A DNA stretch of 64,000 nt from an uncultured Candidatus Binatia bacterium (lineage in GTDB: Bacteria > Desulfobacterota > Binatia > UBA9968 > JAJDTQ01), in NCBI GenBank assembly GCA_965242525.1, contig OZ251459.1, positions 3,328,001 to 3,392,000 on the forward strand, written 5' to 3'. Under the pieces are notes generated by a model. That model was not told the DNA's origin. It did no database searches and worked only from the letters and a program-made list of their open reading frames with translations. Within the stretch, counting starts at the first letter, position 1. Each line of letters starts with the position of its first letter. A program made the translations under genes and the position numbers. Shown one piece after another: positions 18,496-28,956 of the stretch.

Positions 18496-18843
18496 TCACC
18501 CGGCGGGGCGGTAGAGCCGGTCGGTCTTCGCGGCCATGATGAAGTCGTTGCGGTGCAGGTTGCGGATCTTGTGGGTCCACCAAGTGACGCGGACCCGGCC
18601 CCATTCGGTGACGATGCGCGGGTGGTGGCCCTCGGCCTCGGCCACGCCGCCCACCGCGGCGCTGAAGGCCAGGGCCTGGGCGAAGTCCTCGAACCGGAAG
18701 AGCCGATCCAGCTTGGGGACCCCGTCCTCCTCGACCACGGCCCACTCGGGGGTCTGGGGCTCGAACTCCCGGATATCTTCCGGGGTGACCGCCGGGGCGT
18801 CCGCCCGGCACGCGACGCATTTCTCTTCGGTCAACCGGCTCAT
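18496..18843 (-). CDS. phhB: pterin-4-alpha-carbinolamine dehydratase
   Basis: AEAEGHHP, WWTHKI, DFIMAAK. Confidence 0.92.
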   Translation of the reverse strand: MSRLTEEKCVACRADAPAVTPEDIREFEPQTPEWAVVEEDGVPKLDRLFRFEDFAQALAFSAAVGGVAEAEGHHPRIVTEWGRVRVTWWTHKIRNLHRNDFIMAAKTDRLYRPAG

Positions 18844-18916
18844 GGCCTGTCCTCCGTCCGGCGTGGGTCCACGGGTATCGACTCGACCGGGGCGGCGCTT
18901 CTCCTGCGGCCCCCGG

Positions 18917-19483
18917 TCACGACTCCGCCAGCGCCTTGCGGAAACGGTCCCGGCGCTCGGTGTCGTACAGGCGGCGGAAGTTCTCCGGGTAGTCCTCTCC
19001 CGGCTCCACCTTGAGATCCACCATGATGGGACCGTCTTCCCTGAGCAGGGCGTCGAGGCTCCGGTCCCATTCCTCCACGTCGTCGAACGTGTAGGTCCCG
19101 GCGTAGCCGGCTTCCCGGGCCAGGCCGGTGAAGGTGAAGCCGCCCCGGTGCGGGATGGGGACGGCGCCGTTGGTCTCGTAGGTGCCGTTCTCGCACACGC
19201 AGTGCACCAGGTTCCTGGGCGCGGCGTTGGCGATGGTGACGATGCTGCCCAGATTCATGAGCAGGCTGCCGTCTCCGTCCAGCACCACCACCCGCTTGTC
19301 GGGCCGGCCCAGGGCCAAGCCCAGGGCGTGGGACGAACCCTGTCCCATGGCGCCGGTGAACGTGTAGTTGAGGTCATGGGGCGCGATGTGGACCCATTCG
19401 TTGGCCGCCTTGTACACCGCCACCACGATCTCGTCGGTTCGGTGGCGCGCCAGCGCCTTGAGGCACTCGTCTCGTTTCATCAT
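18917..19483 (-). CDS. TPP-binding subunit, sulfopyruvate/phosphonopyruvate decarboxylase beta-like (ComE-like)
   Basis: GAMG, LGLAL, DGDGSLLMNLG TPP motif. Confidence 0.85.
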   Translation of the reverse strand: MMKRDECLKALARHRTDEIVVAVYKAANEWVHIAPHDLNYTFTGAMGQGSSHALGLALGRPDKRVVVLDGDGSLLMNLGSIVTIANAAPRNLVHCVCENGTYETNGAVPIPHRGGFTFTGLAREAGYAGTYTFDDVEEWDRSLDALLREDGPIMVDLKVEPGEDYPENFRRLYDTERRDRFRKALAES

Positions 19484-19485
19484 GG

Positions 19486-20007
19486 TCAGATGGGCTCCCG
19501 TCCGATGAGCATGACCACCGGTCTCGACTCCGCATACGCCTGCTCCACCGCAGGCGCCACCTTGTCCACCTCGTGGGGCGCCTCGATGAGGTGGTGCTCC
19601 ACCTGCATGGCGTCCAGCACCGGCTCGACGATGCGCAGACCGTAGCGCTTGGACTGGGTGGGCGGCACCCCGGGCTCCTTTTGGAGCATCCCCACCATCA
19701 TGCACACCGGATTCCTTCCCTCCATGGCCACGCCGCGAACGGCGTTGATGGAGTCCAGCAGGCCCGTGTACTGCATCAGCAGCAGCGCCCGGTGCCCCGC
19801 GGAATAGAGGCCGCTGCAAATGGACACACCCTCGTCTTCCTTGCACACCTGCACCACCCGGAAATCGGGGTCCTTGAGCATGGTCTTCAGCACGCCCTCG
19901 CTGGTGGTGCGGTCCGGCAACGCCACGATGAACCGGATGCCGGCGCGCTTGATCTCCCGGATCAGGTCACGGGCCTTGAGCCTGTCGGCGTCGTTGTCTC
20001 CGGCCAC
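19486..20007 (-). CDS. decarboxylase alpha subunit-like (ComD-like)
   Basis: GTG 20007 with AAGGAGG RBS; ALPD, KEDEGVSICSG, LLMQYTG. Confidence 0.8.
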   Translation of the reverse strand: MAGDNDADRLKARDLIREIKRAGIRFIVALPDRTTSEGVLKTMLKDPDFRVVQVCKEDEGVSICSGLYSAGHRALLLMQYTGLLDSINAVRGVAMEGRNPVCMMVGMLQKEPGVPPTQSKRYGLRIVEPVLDAMQVEHHLIEAPHEVDKVAPAVEQAYAESRPVVMLIGREPI

Positions 20008-20136
20008 GCCTTTCCTCCTTCCGTCCTCTTCGGTGCGGCGTCCATGCGCGTTCGCACCGGGTCTCCGCCATCCGACCTCTATACTATGGCGCTCCCTCCG
20101 AGGAAAGGCTTGGGGAACCCCAAAGAAAGCACTGGA

Positions 20137-20188
20137 TGGATTCCCGCTTTCGCGGGAATGACGGGGTGTGGGCGTCTGCAGGAATGAC
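20137..20188 (-). repeat. dRS3-like palindromic repeat (partial family-2 element, reversed)
   Basis: TGGATTCCCGCTTTCGCGGGAATGAC. Confidence 0.8.
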
Positions 20189-20405
20189 AAGGTTTGTTAC
20201 GAAAGCACGTTAACCGAGAAGACCCCATTGGGATCATGCGCACAATGCGTCTTCGGTCAAGTCCGATTACCTGCGGATCGGACGTCATGCAACGCTGTCG
20301 CTGGCCCCCGCGAGCCTCATGCCCGCTGCCGTAGGCCTGACGCACGATCTCTCGTCACGGTCCGCGGTATGGGGAGAAGCCTCATCCGCGGCGAGGACCC
20401 GGACG

Positions 20406-21215
20406 CTACCGCCCCTGCCACACGGGCGGGCGTTTTTCGACGAAGGCTCGCGGGCCTTCCCTGCTGTCGTCGGTGGTGAGGACGAGGGTGGCGAGGTCGG
20501 ACTCCAGCCGCAGCGCCTGCTCCAACGGCAGGTCTGCGCCCTTGTGGACGGATTCCTTGATGTACCTCAAGGCCAGAGGCGCACCCCTGGCGAAGGACGC
20601 GGCCATCTCCCGGCCCGCTTTCGGCAGTTCGCCGCCAGATACCAGCTTGTTCACGAGCCCGATGCGGTAGGCTTCCCGAGCGTCCAGGAGTTCCCCGGAG
20701 AGGCAGACCTCCAGCGCCTTGGCGATCCCCACGATGCGGGCGAGCCGTTGGGTCCCGCCGGACCCGGGCATGAAGCCCATGCGGACCTCGGTGACGCCCA
20801 GCCGGGCGTCGTCCGCGGCGATGCGCACGTCGCAAGCCATGGCGATCAACAGGCCGGCGCCCACCACGTAGCCGTGCAGCAGCGCGATGGTGGGTTTCTG
20901 CACCGAGGCCACCGCGTCCATGGGCGAGTGGGCGCCCGGCGTCTGCCGGGCCTGCCGGACTTCCAGCGGAGACGCCGCGCCCGCGTCGGCGTTGCGGCGC
21001 GCTCGCTCCTTCAGGTCGCCGCCCACGGAAAAAGCCTTCTCGCCGGCGCCCCGGAAGAGGACCACCCGGACGTTCCCGTCCGACTGGGCCCGGTTGCAGC
21101 ATTCCATCAGGCGCTGCCGCATGTCCTCGTTGATGGCGTTCATCGCCTCCGGGCGATTCAGCGTGATCCACGCCGTCTGCTCCTCGACCTCGTACAGGAC
21201 CATTTCGTCGTTCAT
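20406..21215 (-). CDS. enoyl-CoA hydratase/isomerase family protein
   Basis: ITLNRPE..NA, AFSVGGDL, PGSGGTQRL, AFVEKRPP. Confidence 0.93.
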   Translation of the reverse strand: MNDEMVLYEVEEQTAWITLNRPEAMNAINEDMRQRLMECCNRAQSDGNVRVVLFRGAGEKAFSVGGDLKERARRNADAGAASPLEVRQARQTPGAHSPMDAVASVQKPTIALLHGYVVGAGLLIAMACDVRIAADDARLGVTEVRMGFMPGSGGTQRLARIVGIAKALEVCLSGELLDAREAYRIGLVNKLVSGGELPKAGREMAASFARGAPLALRYIKESVHKGADLPLEQALRLESDLATLVLTTDDSREGPRAFVEKRPPVWQGR

Positions 21216-21253
21216 CGGCTACCCCCGCGCATCTTCATGGCGTCTTCACGAAC

Positions 21254-22249
21254 TCACGGACGTTGCGCGAGCCGATAGACCCGCGCCGCGGTGTCGTGGA
21301 ACAGCGCGTTGCGTTCCGCGTCCGTGTACCCTCGGGCGACGATCTCGAAAGCGTTCCAGACAACCGCGTAGGAGCACGACACCCGCTCCACCGGGAAGTT
21401 GCTCTCGAACATGCAGCGGTCCGGGCCGAACCGCTCGATGCAGAAGTCGAAGTACGGTCGCATGGCCTCCGCGATCTCTGCGGACCCGGGTCCCTCCGTG
21501 CGCTCATGCCAGTCGTAGCCCGAACGGAGGGAGCCGAGGCCGCCCAGCTTCAGCGCCACGTTGGGGCACGACGACAGGTCCGCCATGGCCGTGCTCCATG
21601 CCCGGAAGACCTCGTTCCGCTTGCCCTCGTAGGGTCCCAGACCCAGGGGTCCGCCCACGTGGTCGAGGACGAAGGCGAGGCCGGGAACGGCGCGCGCGGC
21701 CTCCGTGAGCTCGGGGACCTGCGGGTGGTAGAGCCAGGCGTCGAAGCTCAGGCCGAGGCGTTGCAGGCGCGCCAGCCCCTTGCGGACCTTCGGGTCCTGG
21801 AGCATACCGGCCCGGGCCACGCTTCGGAACGAGCCGGAGGCGTCCCACATGGTCGAGTAGCGGATGCCGCGCAAGCGCGCGGGGCTCGCCTCCAGGTGCG
21901 CTTCCAGCACGCGGTCCACCGCGTCGCCCAGGGCGAGGTCGGCGTAGCCCACGATGCCGGCCGCTACCGCGGCGGCCGTCTCCGCGCGCTCGTTCTCCGC
22001 GGCGACCCGCTCCAGGAACTCCGTCTCCCCCACCGGCCGCAACTCCGGTGGGCCGGCGCCGCGGTACATGGCGCCGCATTCCACCGCCACGCTCGACACG
22101 ATGCGGTGGCCGCCGCCCGCGTCGCGCAGGAAGTCGGCCAGCAGGTACGGGTTGTCGGGGCGGCGCCACAGGTGGTGGTGCGGGTCGCAGATGGCGAGGC
22201 CGGGATCCAGCGGGGCTTCGTCCACGGCGCCGCTGGCGGCGTCGGTCAT
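21254..22249 (-). CDS. amidohydrolase family protein (lactonase-like)
   Basis: ICDPHHHLW, LDHVGGP, KLGG, FESNFPV. Confidence 0.9.
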   Translation of the reverse strand: MTDAASGAVDEAPLDPGLAICDPHHHLWRRPDNPYLLADFLRDAGGGHRIVSSVAVECGAMYRGAGPPELRPVGETEFLERVAAENERAETAAAVAAGIVGYADLALGDAVDRVLEAHLEASPARLRGIRYSTMWDASGSFRSVARAGMLQDPKVRKGLARLQRLGLSFDAWLYHPQVPELTEAARAVPGLAFVLDHVGGPLGLGPYEGKRNEVFRAWSTAMADLSSCPNVALKLGGLGSLRSGYDWHERTEGPGSAEIAEAMRPYFDFCIERFGPDRCMFESNFPVERVSCSYAVVWNAFEIVARGYTDAERNALFHDTAARVYRLAQRP

Positions 22250-22507
22250 GGTGGCCCACCGCGGCTGACGGTTGCTCGTACTGTGCTTTGGAGTCTGGTA
22301 CACAAGGGTCTGCCCTCGACGGACGAGCCGACCCCGGCTGAGGAGGTCCCGTGGATTTCGCGTTGGCCCATTGCCCTGTCCGGTCCCTGTCCCGGGGCGC
22401 CGCCACGGAATATCGAGAAGGCGCGCCGGTTGTCAACCGCGGCGCGCTGCGCTCCTGAACCCTCATCGGGGTTGCCATGAACGAAGCCTCGGACAAAATT
22501 TGAATTA

Positions 22508-22677
22508 AGGAACCTCTGAACAATCGGGATAGAGGGCATGAGCGCGTCCTTCGACTTCGCTTCGCTACGCTCAGGATGAACGGAGGACTCCGTTTGCGCT
22601 ACGCTCAGGATGAACGGGGATAGGAGTGTCAGGGTGAGGGAATCCATCCTGGACGTCTTGATTGTTCAGGGGTTCCT
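22508..22677 (-). repeat. MITE-like element family 1 (reverse orientation, two internal units)
   Basis: AGGAACCTCTGAACAATC ... GATTGTTCAGGGGTTCCT, 17/18 inverted match. Confidence 0.85.
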
Positions 22678-22709
22678 GTAGGAAAAAGGGCAAGAAACGA
22701 GGAAACGCC

Positions 22710-23813
22710 ATGCCGACGAAATCCCGCGCCGCAGTCTTGGTGGAATCGCGCAAGCCCCTGGTGGTGGACGAGGTGATCCTCCCGGACCCGGCGCCGGACC
22801 AGGTCCTGGTGAAGCTGTTCGCCAGCGGCATCTGCCACTCCCAGCTCCACCAGATCCGGCGTTCGCCCGAGGAGCAGCGGTCGAAGCTGCCTGCGCTGCT
22901 GGGCCACGAGTCCACCGGCGTGGTGGCGGCCAAGGGCCGGGACGTCACCCACGTCAAGGAGGGCGACCGGGTCTTCACCACCTGGATCGACCGCAACGCC
23001 CCCGAGTCGCCGCTGCCGCCGGTCTCCCACGCCCTCAACCAGCGACCGCCCATCCCGGCCACCTGGCGGGGCCGGTCCATCTGGGCCTCGGCGTCCACCT
23101 GGGCCGAGCACCTCGTTGCGTCCGAGCGCGTGGTGGTGCCCATGGACGACGACGTGGACACGGAGGTCACCTCCATCATCGGCTGCGCGGTCATCACCGG
23201 GTCGGGAGCCATCCTCAACACGCTCCGGGTCCGCCCGGGCCAGTCGGTGGCGGTTTACGGCGTGGGCGGCATCGGCATGTGCGCCATCTCGGCTGCCGCG
23301 GTGGTGGACGCCCATCCGCTGGTCGCGGTGGACGTGGACGACGAGAAGCTCGCGTTCGCCAGGCGCTTCGGCGCCTCCCACGGGGTGAACGCCGCCCAGG
23401 GGGACCCGGTGGAGACGATCACCGAACTCACCCGCGGCGGCGCGGACTACGCCCTGGACGCGGTGGGCCATCCCGCCACCCAGGAGCAGATCCTGCGCTC
23501 GGTGCGCACCGGGGCTCCCGGGCTCCAGCGCGGCGGCACCGCCCTGTTGATCGGCCTGCCGCCCTCCGGCGCGACCCCGCTCATCAACACCAACCTGTTC
23601 GCCGGCGGGCGCTACTTCACCCGCACCCACGGCGGCGACTGCCGGCCGGACCGGGACTTCCCCACGTTCGTCCGCTGGTACCGGGAGGGGCGGCTGAAGC
23701 TCGACGAACTGGTGACGCGCCGTTACACCCTGGACCAGGTCAACGAGGCAGTGGCCGACCTGGAGGAAGGGAAGATCCTGGGCCGGGCCATCTTCACCTA
23801 TGGGAACCCCTGA
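22710..23813 (+). CDS. zinc-dependent alcohol dehydrogenase (MDR)
   Basis: GICHS, GHESTGVV, GCAVITG, GVGGIG. Confidence 0.92.
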   Translation: MPTKSRAAVLVESRKPLVVDEVILPDPAPDQVLVKLFASGICHSQLHQIRRSPEEQRSKLPALLGHESTGVVAAKGRDVTHVKEGDRVFTTWIDRNAPESPLPPVSHALNQRPPIPATWRGRSIWASASTWAEHLVASERVVVPMDDDVDTEVTSIIGCAVITGSGAILNTLRVRPGQSVAVYGVGGIGMCAISAAAVVDAHPLVAVDVDDEKLAFARRFGASHGVNAAQGDPVETITELTRGGADYALDAVGHPATQEQILRSVRTGAPGLQRGGTALLIGLPPSGATPLINTNLFAGGRYFTRTHGGDCRPDRDFPTFVRWYREGRLKLDELVTRRYTLDQVNEAVADLEEGKILGRAIFTYGNP

Positions 23814-24010
23814 ACGATTGCCCCCGTTCGTCCTGAGCGTAGCGAAGTCGAAGGACGCGCCCATGCCCCCTCTCCCGATTCTTCAGGGGTTCCGAAAGTG
23901 GATTCCCGCCCCCGCTTCCGCGAGGACAGGCTTTCGCGGGAATGACGGGGATGGGCTTTCGCAGGAAGGACGCGCTCATGTCCTCCTGTCCTGATCGTTC
24001 AGAGTTTCCC
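23803..24010 (+). repeat. cluster: short family-1 element (23803-23893), dRS3-like variant (23899-23946), family-1 right end
   Basis: GGAACCCCTGAACGAT...GATTCTTCAGGGGTTCC; TGGATTCCCGCCCCCGCTTCCGCGAGGACAGGCTTTCGCGGGAATGAC. Confidence 0.75.
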
Positions 24011-24069
24011 ATGCGTGAGGGAGGCGCGGCGCCCGCGTCCCGCTCATGGACGGCCACGGAGGACGGCTC

Positions 24070-25107
24070 ATGTACATCGACTGCGACACCCACTATTTCC
24101 CGGTGAGGTTCCTGGAGGGCATCGGCGAGCGGTACCCCGAGTCGCCCCGGGTGGTGCGCGACGGCGACGAGGTCAAGTCGGTGCTGCCGGACGGCACCCT
24201 CATCAAGAACCAGGCGCCCAAGGGCCGCTGGGACCTGGACGTGCGCGTGCGGCAAGCCGACTTCGAGGGGTTCGACAAGCACGTGCTCATACCGGAGAAC
24301 CGGGAGCTGCTGTACACCTGGGACCGGGACCTGGGGTGCGAGCTGGCCCGGCGCTACAACGACGCGGTGGCCCGGGACCTGGAGGAATGCGCCCATCCGG
24401 AACGCTACATCGGCGTGGGCTGGGTGTTCCTGCCGGACGTGGAAGAGTCCTGCAGGGAGCTGGAGCGGATGGTCCGCACCCTGGGACTCGAGGCGGTGAA
24501 GTTCATGGGCGGCTTCGAGGACGCCAACCTCGGGGCGGAGCGGCTCTGGCCGTTCTACGACAAGGCGTGCCAACTCGACGTCCCCATCCTGGTGCACGAC
24601 ACCGCGTCCGACCGCCAGGGCCACCCCAACCCGGCCCTGGTGGGCATCGAGCAACTGTTCCTGGAAGCCGACGACAACGCCCTGCCGTTCCTGCTGGCGT
24701 TCCCCTTCCGCTACATCGTCGATATGGGAAGCCTGATCCTGCGCGGTGCGCTGAAGGAGTTCCCCAAGCTCCGGATCTGCTTCGTGGAAGGCTCCGCCGC
24801 CTTCGTGCCCTGGCTGATGAACCGGCTGGACATGGACCCCAACGGCCGCCGGAAGCTCGGCAAGGCCCCCAGCGAGTTCTTCGGCCAGATATGGGTGTCG
24901 GCCTTTGCCGCGGAGACCTCCATCCGCTACGCCTGCGACTTCTGGAAGGACCACAACCTCACCGTGGGCAGCGACTACCCCCACAACGACCCTTCGGGCA
25001 CCTGGAAGGAAGGCACCGTCCGCATGGTCCGGGAGCTCGACGGCATATCCGACGAGGACAAGGAGAAGATCCTCGGCGGCAACGCCATGCGCCTGTTCGC
25101 CATGTAG
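24070..25107 (+). CDS. amidohydrolase family 2 protein
   Basis: IDCDTH, VEGSAAF, GSDYPHND, ILGGNA. Confidence 0.9.
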   Translation: MYIDCDTHYFPVRFLEGIGERYPESPRVVRDGDEVKSVLPDGTLIKNQAPKGRWDLDVRVRQADFEGFDKHVLIPENRELLYTWDRDLGCELARRYNDAVARDLEECAHPERYIGVGWVFLPDVEESCRELERMVRTLGLEAVKFMGGFEDANLGAERLWPFYDKACQLDVPILVHDTASDRQGHPNPALVGIEQLFLEADDNALPFLLAFPFRYIVDMGSLILRGALKEFPKLRICFVEGSAAFVPWLMNRLDMDPNGRRKLGKAPSEFFGQIWVSAFAAETSIRYACDFWKDHNLTVGSDYPHNDPSGTWKEGTVRMVRELDGISDEDKEKILGGNAMRLFAM

Positions 25108-25273
25108 CAGGCGAAAGGGAACGCGCCCGGAAGGCAGCGCGGTCCGTTGGGTGGAGCCGCGGGTTCGCGCCCCGGGTTCGCGCCTTGCCATCCGCCCTGC
25201 CATTGGGATAAGAGAAGCGGCAGAACCGCGCGCGGAGGCGCGTCCTCCAAGACCGCAAGGGGAGTACCAGCCC

Positions 25274-26152
25274 ATGGATTACTACGAGCCCAGGACCGTG
25301 AACGAGGCGCTTTCCCTCCTGGACCGGTACGGCGACCGAGCCGAGGTCATCGCCGGCGGCACCGACGTGATGGTGGATATCAAGTACAAGGACGAGCCGG
25401 GTTGCCTGGTGAACATCAAGCGCATCCCCGACCTGGACTCCATCCGGGAGAACGGCGGCGGCGTCCATATCGGTCCTTTGGCGACCATCCACGAGATCGA
25501 GGAGAGCGGCTTGGTGCGCGAGCGGCTGCCGCTGCTGTGGCAGGCGGCGCACCAGTTCGCCTCGCTCCAGATCCGCAACACCGCCACCATCGGCGGCAAC
25601 ATCTGCCGGGCCTCGCCTTCCGGCGAGACCTTGGCGCCGCTGCTGGTGCTCGAAGCCCGGGCGGAGATGGCCTTCCCGGACGGCGCGCGCACCGAACCCT
25701 TCCGCGACTTCTTCCGCGGCCCCGGCGAGACCAGCCTGGGGACCGGGGGCCTGCTCACGGGCGTCCACGTGCCGTTCCCGGAGGCGGGAAGCCGGGCCGT
25801 CTATCTCAAGCACGCGGTGCGCGGCCCCATGGACATCGCCATGGTGGGGGTCGCGGTGATGGCGGCGCCCAACGCGGACAAGACCGCCCTGGGCGACGTG
25901 CGCATCGGCCTGGGGGCGGTGGCGCCCACGCCCATCCGCGCCGCCCGGACCGAGGCGCTGGTGCGGGGCAAGGCCCCGGACGCCGCCCTGGTGAAGGAAG
26001 CGGGCGCCATGGCGGCTTCCGAATCGAGTCCCATTACCGACCAGCGCAGCAGCGGCGAGTACCGCGGCTGGATCGTGGAGGCCCTCACCCGCCGGGGGCT
26101 GGAGCAGTGCTGGCGCGCGATCACCACGGGCGGTCCCGAGGAGGTGGCATGA
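25274..26152 (+). CDS. xanthine dehydrogenase-family FAD-binding (medium) subunit
   Basis: IAGGTDV, QIRNTATIGGN, GAVAPTP. Confidence 0.92.
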   Translation: MDYYEPRTVNEALSLLDRYGDRAEVIAGGTDVMVDIKYKDEPGCLVNIKRIPDLDSIRENGGGVHIGPLATIHEIEESGLVRERLPLLWQAAHQFASLQIRNTATIGGNICRASPSGETLAPLLVLEARAEMAFPDGARTEPFRDFFRGPGETSLGTGGLLTGVHVPFPEAGSRAVYLKHAVRGPMDIAMVGVAVMAAPNADKTALGDVRIGLGAVAPTPIRAARTEALVRGKAPDAALVKEAGAMAASESSPITDQRSSGEYRGWIVEALTRRGLEQCWRAITTGGPEEVA

Positions 26153-26628
26153 TGAGCCTGGAGATTACCCTCACGGTCAACGGCAAGACCCATACGGCCG
26201 CGCTGGAGCCCGCCGCGGCGCTGGTGGACTTCCTGCGCGACACCCTGGGCTACAAGGGCGTCAAGCTCTGCTGCAACACCGGGGAATGCGGCGCGTGCAC
26301 CATCCTCATGGACGGCAAGCCGGTGAACTCCTGCGTGGTGCTGGGAGCGGACGCCGCGGGCGCCGACATCGTCACGGTGGAGGGCATCGCCGATGGCGAC
26401 CGGCTCCACCCGGTGCAGCAGGCGTTCATCGACACCGGCGCGGTGCAGTGCGGCTACTGCACGCCGGGCTTCATCGTGTCGGTCAAGGCGCTGCTCGACC
26501 GCTCGCCGCACCCCTCCGCGGAGGAGGTGGAGGAGGCCATCTCCGGCAACATCTGCCGGTGCACGGGCTACACCAAGATCTTCGACGCCGTGGAGCTGGC
26601 CGCCAAGCAACTCGAGGGAAGGAGTTAG
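26149..26628 (+). CDS. xanthine dehydrogenase-family 2Fe-2S (small) subunit
   Basis: CNTGECGACT, QCGYCTPG, NICRCTGY. Confidence 0.95.
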   Translation: MMSLEITLTVNGKTHTAALEPAAALVDFLRDTLGYKGVKLCCNTGECGACTILMDGKPVNSCVVLGADAAGADIVTVEGIADGDRLHPVQQAFIDTGAVQCGYCTPGFIVSVKALLDRSPHPSAEEVEEAISGNICRCTGYTKIFDAVELAAKQLEGRS

Positions 26629-26633
26629 GAGCC

Positions 26634-28919
26634 ATGGCAAAGGCTGCACACACGGTCCTGGGGACCAACATGCCCCGCATGGGCGGGGTGGAGCGCGTGG
26701 TGGGCAAGGGCATCTACGGCATCGACCTGAACCTCCCCGACGCCCTCCACGGCGGAGTGCTGCGGAGCGCGCACGCCCACGCCAGGATCGTCCGCATCGA
26801 CACCGGTGCGGCCAAGGCGCTGCCCGGGGTGCGCGCGGTGGTGACCGCGGCGGACGCGCCGGACGTGCGCTACGGCCGCTCCTACATCGACCGCTACATC
26901 CTCGCCCGGGACCGGGTGCGCTACATGGGCGACCCGGTGGCCGCGGTGGCCGCGGACAGCCCGGCCCTGGTCAGGGAGGCCCTCAGGAAGATCGAGGTGG
27001 TTTACGAGCCGCTGCCGGTGGTGGTGGACCCGGAAGCGGCCATGGAGCCGTCGGCGCCCACCATCCACGAGGACATGCCGCTGCCCAAGAACCTCCCGGA
27101 AGGCGCTCACGTGAAGAACGTGTGCGGCTACGCCCTCGTGGACATGGGCGACGCCGAAAAAGCCATGGCGGAAGCCGACTTGGTGGTGGAGGAGGCGTAC
27201 GAGACCAGGATGATCCACCCCCAGTACCTGGAGCCGCGCATCGCCGCGGCCCGGCCCGAGGAGGACGGGCGCATCACGGTGTGGGCCAACGCCCAGGCGC
27301 CGTTCCCGGTGCGCACGGAGGTCGCCTCCCTCCTGGGGTTGCCGCTGAACCGCGTGCGGGTCATCTCCACGGACATCGGCGGCGGCTTCGGCGGCAAGGG
27401 CAGCGGGGTCACCTCCAGCGCCGGGCTGGAGCCCGTGTGCGCGCTGCTGGCCCTGGCCGCGGGGCAGCCGGTGATGATCGTGCTGGACAAGGCCGAGGAG
27501 ACCGTCTCCACCACCATCCGGTCCGGCGCGAAGATGTGGATCAAGAGCGGCGTCCGGAAGGACGGCGCGCTGGTGGCCCGCCAGGGCAAGGTGGTGTACG
27601 ACGCCGGCGGCTACTCCGGCTTCGGCAACCAGGCCGGTGGCCGGTGCACCCAGATGGTGGGCGGCTGGTACCGGGTTCCCAACGTCCGCATGGAGGGCTA
27701 CACGGTCTATACCAACAAGCAGGTGTGCGGCCCGGTGCGCGGCCCGGGCGGCCCCCAGGCCGCGTTCGCCCTGGAGTCCCACATGGACTCCATCGCCGCC
27801 CGGCTGGGCATGGACCCCATCGAGTTCCGCCTGAAGAACGCGCCGCAAGCCGGGGACGGCATCGTCGGCGTTCCCAAGCTGCGGGACAGCTCTCTGGGCG
27901 AGACCCTGCGCATCGCCGCGGAGAAGATCGGCTGGGGCAAGGTGGAGTTGAAGGAGAACCAGGGCATCGGGTTCGCCACCGGCGCGTGGATCGAAGGCGC
28001 GGGTCCCGGCGGCGGCGCGGTGGTGAAGGTCAACGAGGACGGCTCGGCCACGGTGCACATCGGCAAGGTGGATTACGGCACCGCGGCCCGCTTCGGCATC
28101 CCCATGATCGTGGCCGAGGAGCTGGGCATCCCCACGGACGACGTCACCGTGCTGAACGTGGATACCGACGCCAGCCCCTGGGACGCCGGTACCGTGGGCA
28201 GCCGCTCCATGCTGGTGTCCGGCAACGCCGTCAAGCTCGCGGCCGAGGACGCTCGCAACCAGCTCCTGCGCATGGCCGCGTCGCAACTGGAAGCCAGCCC
28301 CGAGGACCTGGAGATCCGGGACCGGCAGATCCGGGTGAAGGGCACGCCGTCCCGGTCCGTGCCGCTGGCCTCGGTGGCCACCGCGGCCCACAACGAGATC
28401 GGCGACGTCATCGGCCGGGGCTACTTCGACTCCAAGGCGTCCCAGGCCGACGAACGCGCCCGCGGCAGCTCCCAGCCCTTCACCACCCACGCGGCCCTGG
28501 TGGAGGTGGACACGGACACCGGCAACGTGAAGGTGCTGAAGTACGTGGCCGTCCACGACGTGGGTTTCGTGGTCCACCCCAAGGCGGTGGACGGACAGAT
28601 CGAGGGCGCCGCGGCCATGAGCCTGGGCCAGGCGTTGTGCGAGCAGGTGGTGCACGACGACCTGGGGCGGACCCTGAACCCCACGTTCGTCGATTACCTG
28701 ATGCCGACCGTCAACATGCTGCCGCGCATCGAGGCGGTCACCGTGCCCGGCTATCCCGGGGCCGGACCCTACGGCACCAAGGGGGCCGGGGAGATCGGTT
28801 CGGTGCCGCCCATGGCCTGCATCGCCAACGCCATCCGCAACGCCACCGGAGTGCGCATCCACAAGCTGCCCCTGAGCCCCGAGAACGTGCTGCGGGCGCT
28901 CCGGGAAGCCGGGCAGTAG
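26634..28919 (+). CDS. xanthine dehydrogenase-family molybdopterin-binding (large) subunit
   Basis: GGGFGGK, PVRGPGGPQ, GQIEG, KGAGE. Confidence 0.93.
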   Translation: MAKAAHTVLGTNMPRMGGVERVVGKGIYGIDLNLPDALHGGVLRSAHAHARIVRIDTGAAKALPGVRAVVTAADAPDVRYGRSYIDRYILARDRVRYMGDPVAAVAADSPALVREALRKIEVVYEPLPVVVDPEAAMEPSAPTIHEDMPLPKNLPEGAHVKNVCGYALVDMGDAEKAMAEADLVVEEAYETRMIHPQYLEPRIAAARPEEDGRITVWANAQAPFPVRTEVASLLGLPLNRVRVISTDIGGGFGGKGSGVTSSAGLEPVCALLALAAGQPVMIVLDKAEETVSTTIRSGAKMWIKSGVRKDGALVARQGKVVYDAGGYSGFGNQAGGRCTQMVGGWYRVPNVRMEGYTVYTNKQVCGPVRGPGGPQAAFALESHMDSIAARLGMDPIEFRLKNAPQAGDGIVGVPKLRDSSLGETLRIAAEKIGWGKVELKENQGIGFATGAWIEGAGPGGGAVVKVNEDGSATVHIGKVDYGTAARFGIPMIVAEELGIPTDDVTVLNVDTDASPWDAGTVGSRSMLVSGNAVKLAAEDARNQLLRMAASQLEASPEDLEIRDRQIRVKGTPSRSVPLASVATAAHNEIGDVIGRGYFDSKASQADERARGSSQPFTTHAALVEVDTDTGNVKVLKYVAVHDVGFVVHPKAVDGQIEGAAAMSLGQALCEQVVHDDLGRTLNPTFVDYLMPTVNMLPRIEAVTVPGYPGAGPYGTKGAGEIGSVPPMACIANAIRNATGVRIHKLPLSPENVLRALREAGQ

Positions 28920-28956
28920 GCCCGCGGGCGAGCCCCGGGCGCGTGGCCCCTTGCCG

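Noticed and set aside
26634-28919. Aerobic CO dehydrogenase CoxL
   Set aside because: Lacks AYxCSFR (form I) and AYRGAGR (form II); the loop reads PVRGPGGPQ.
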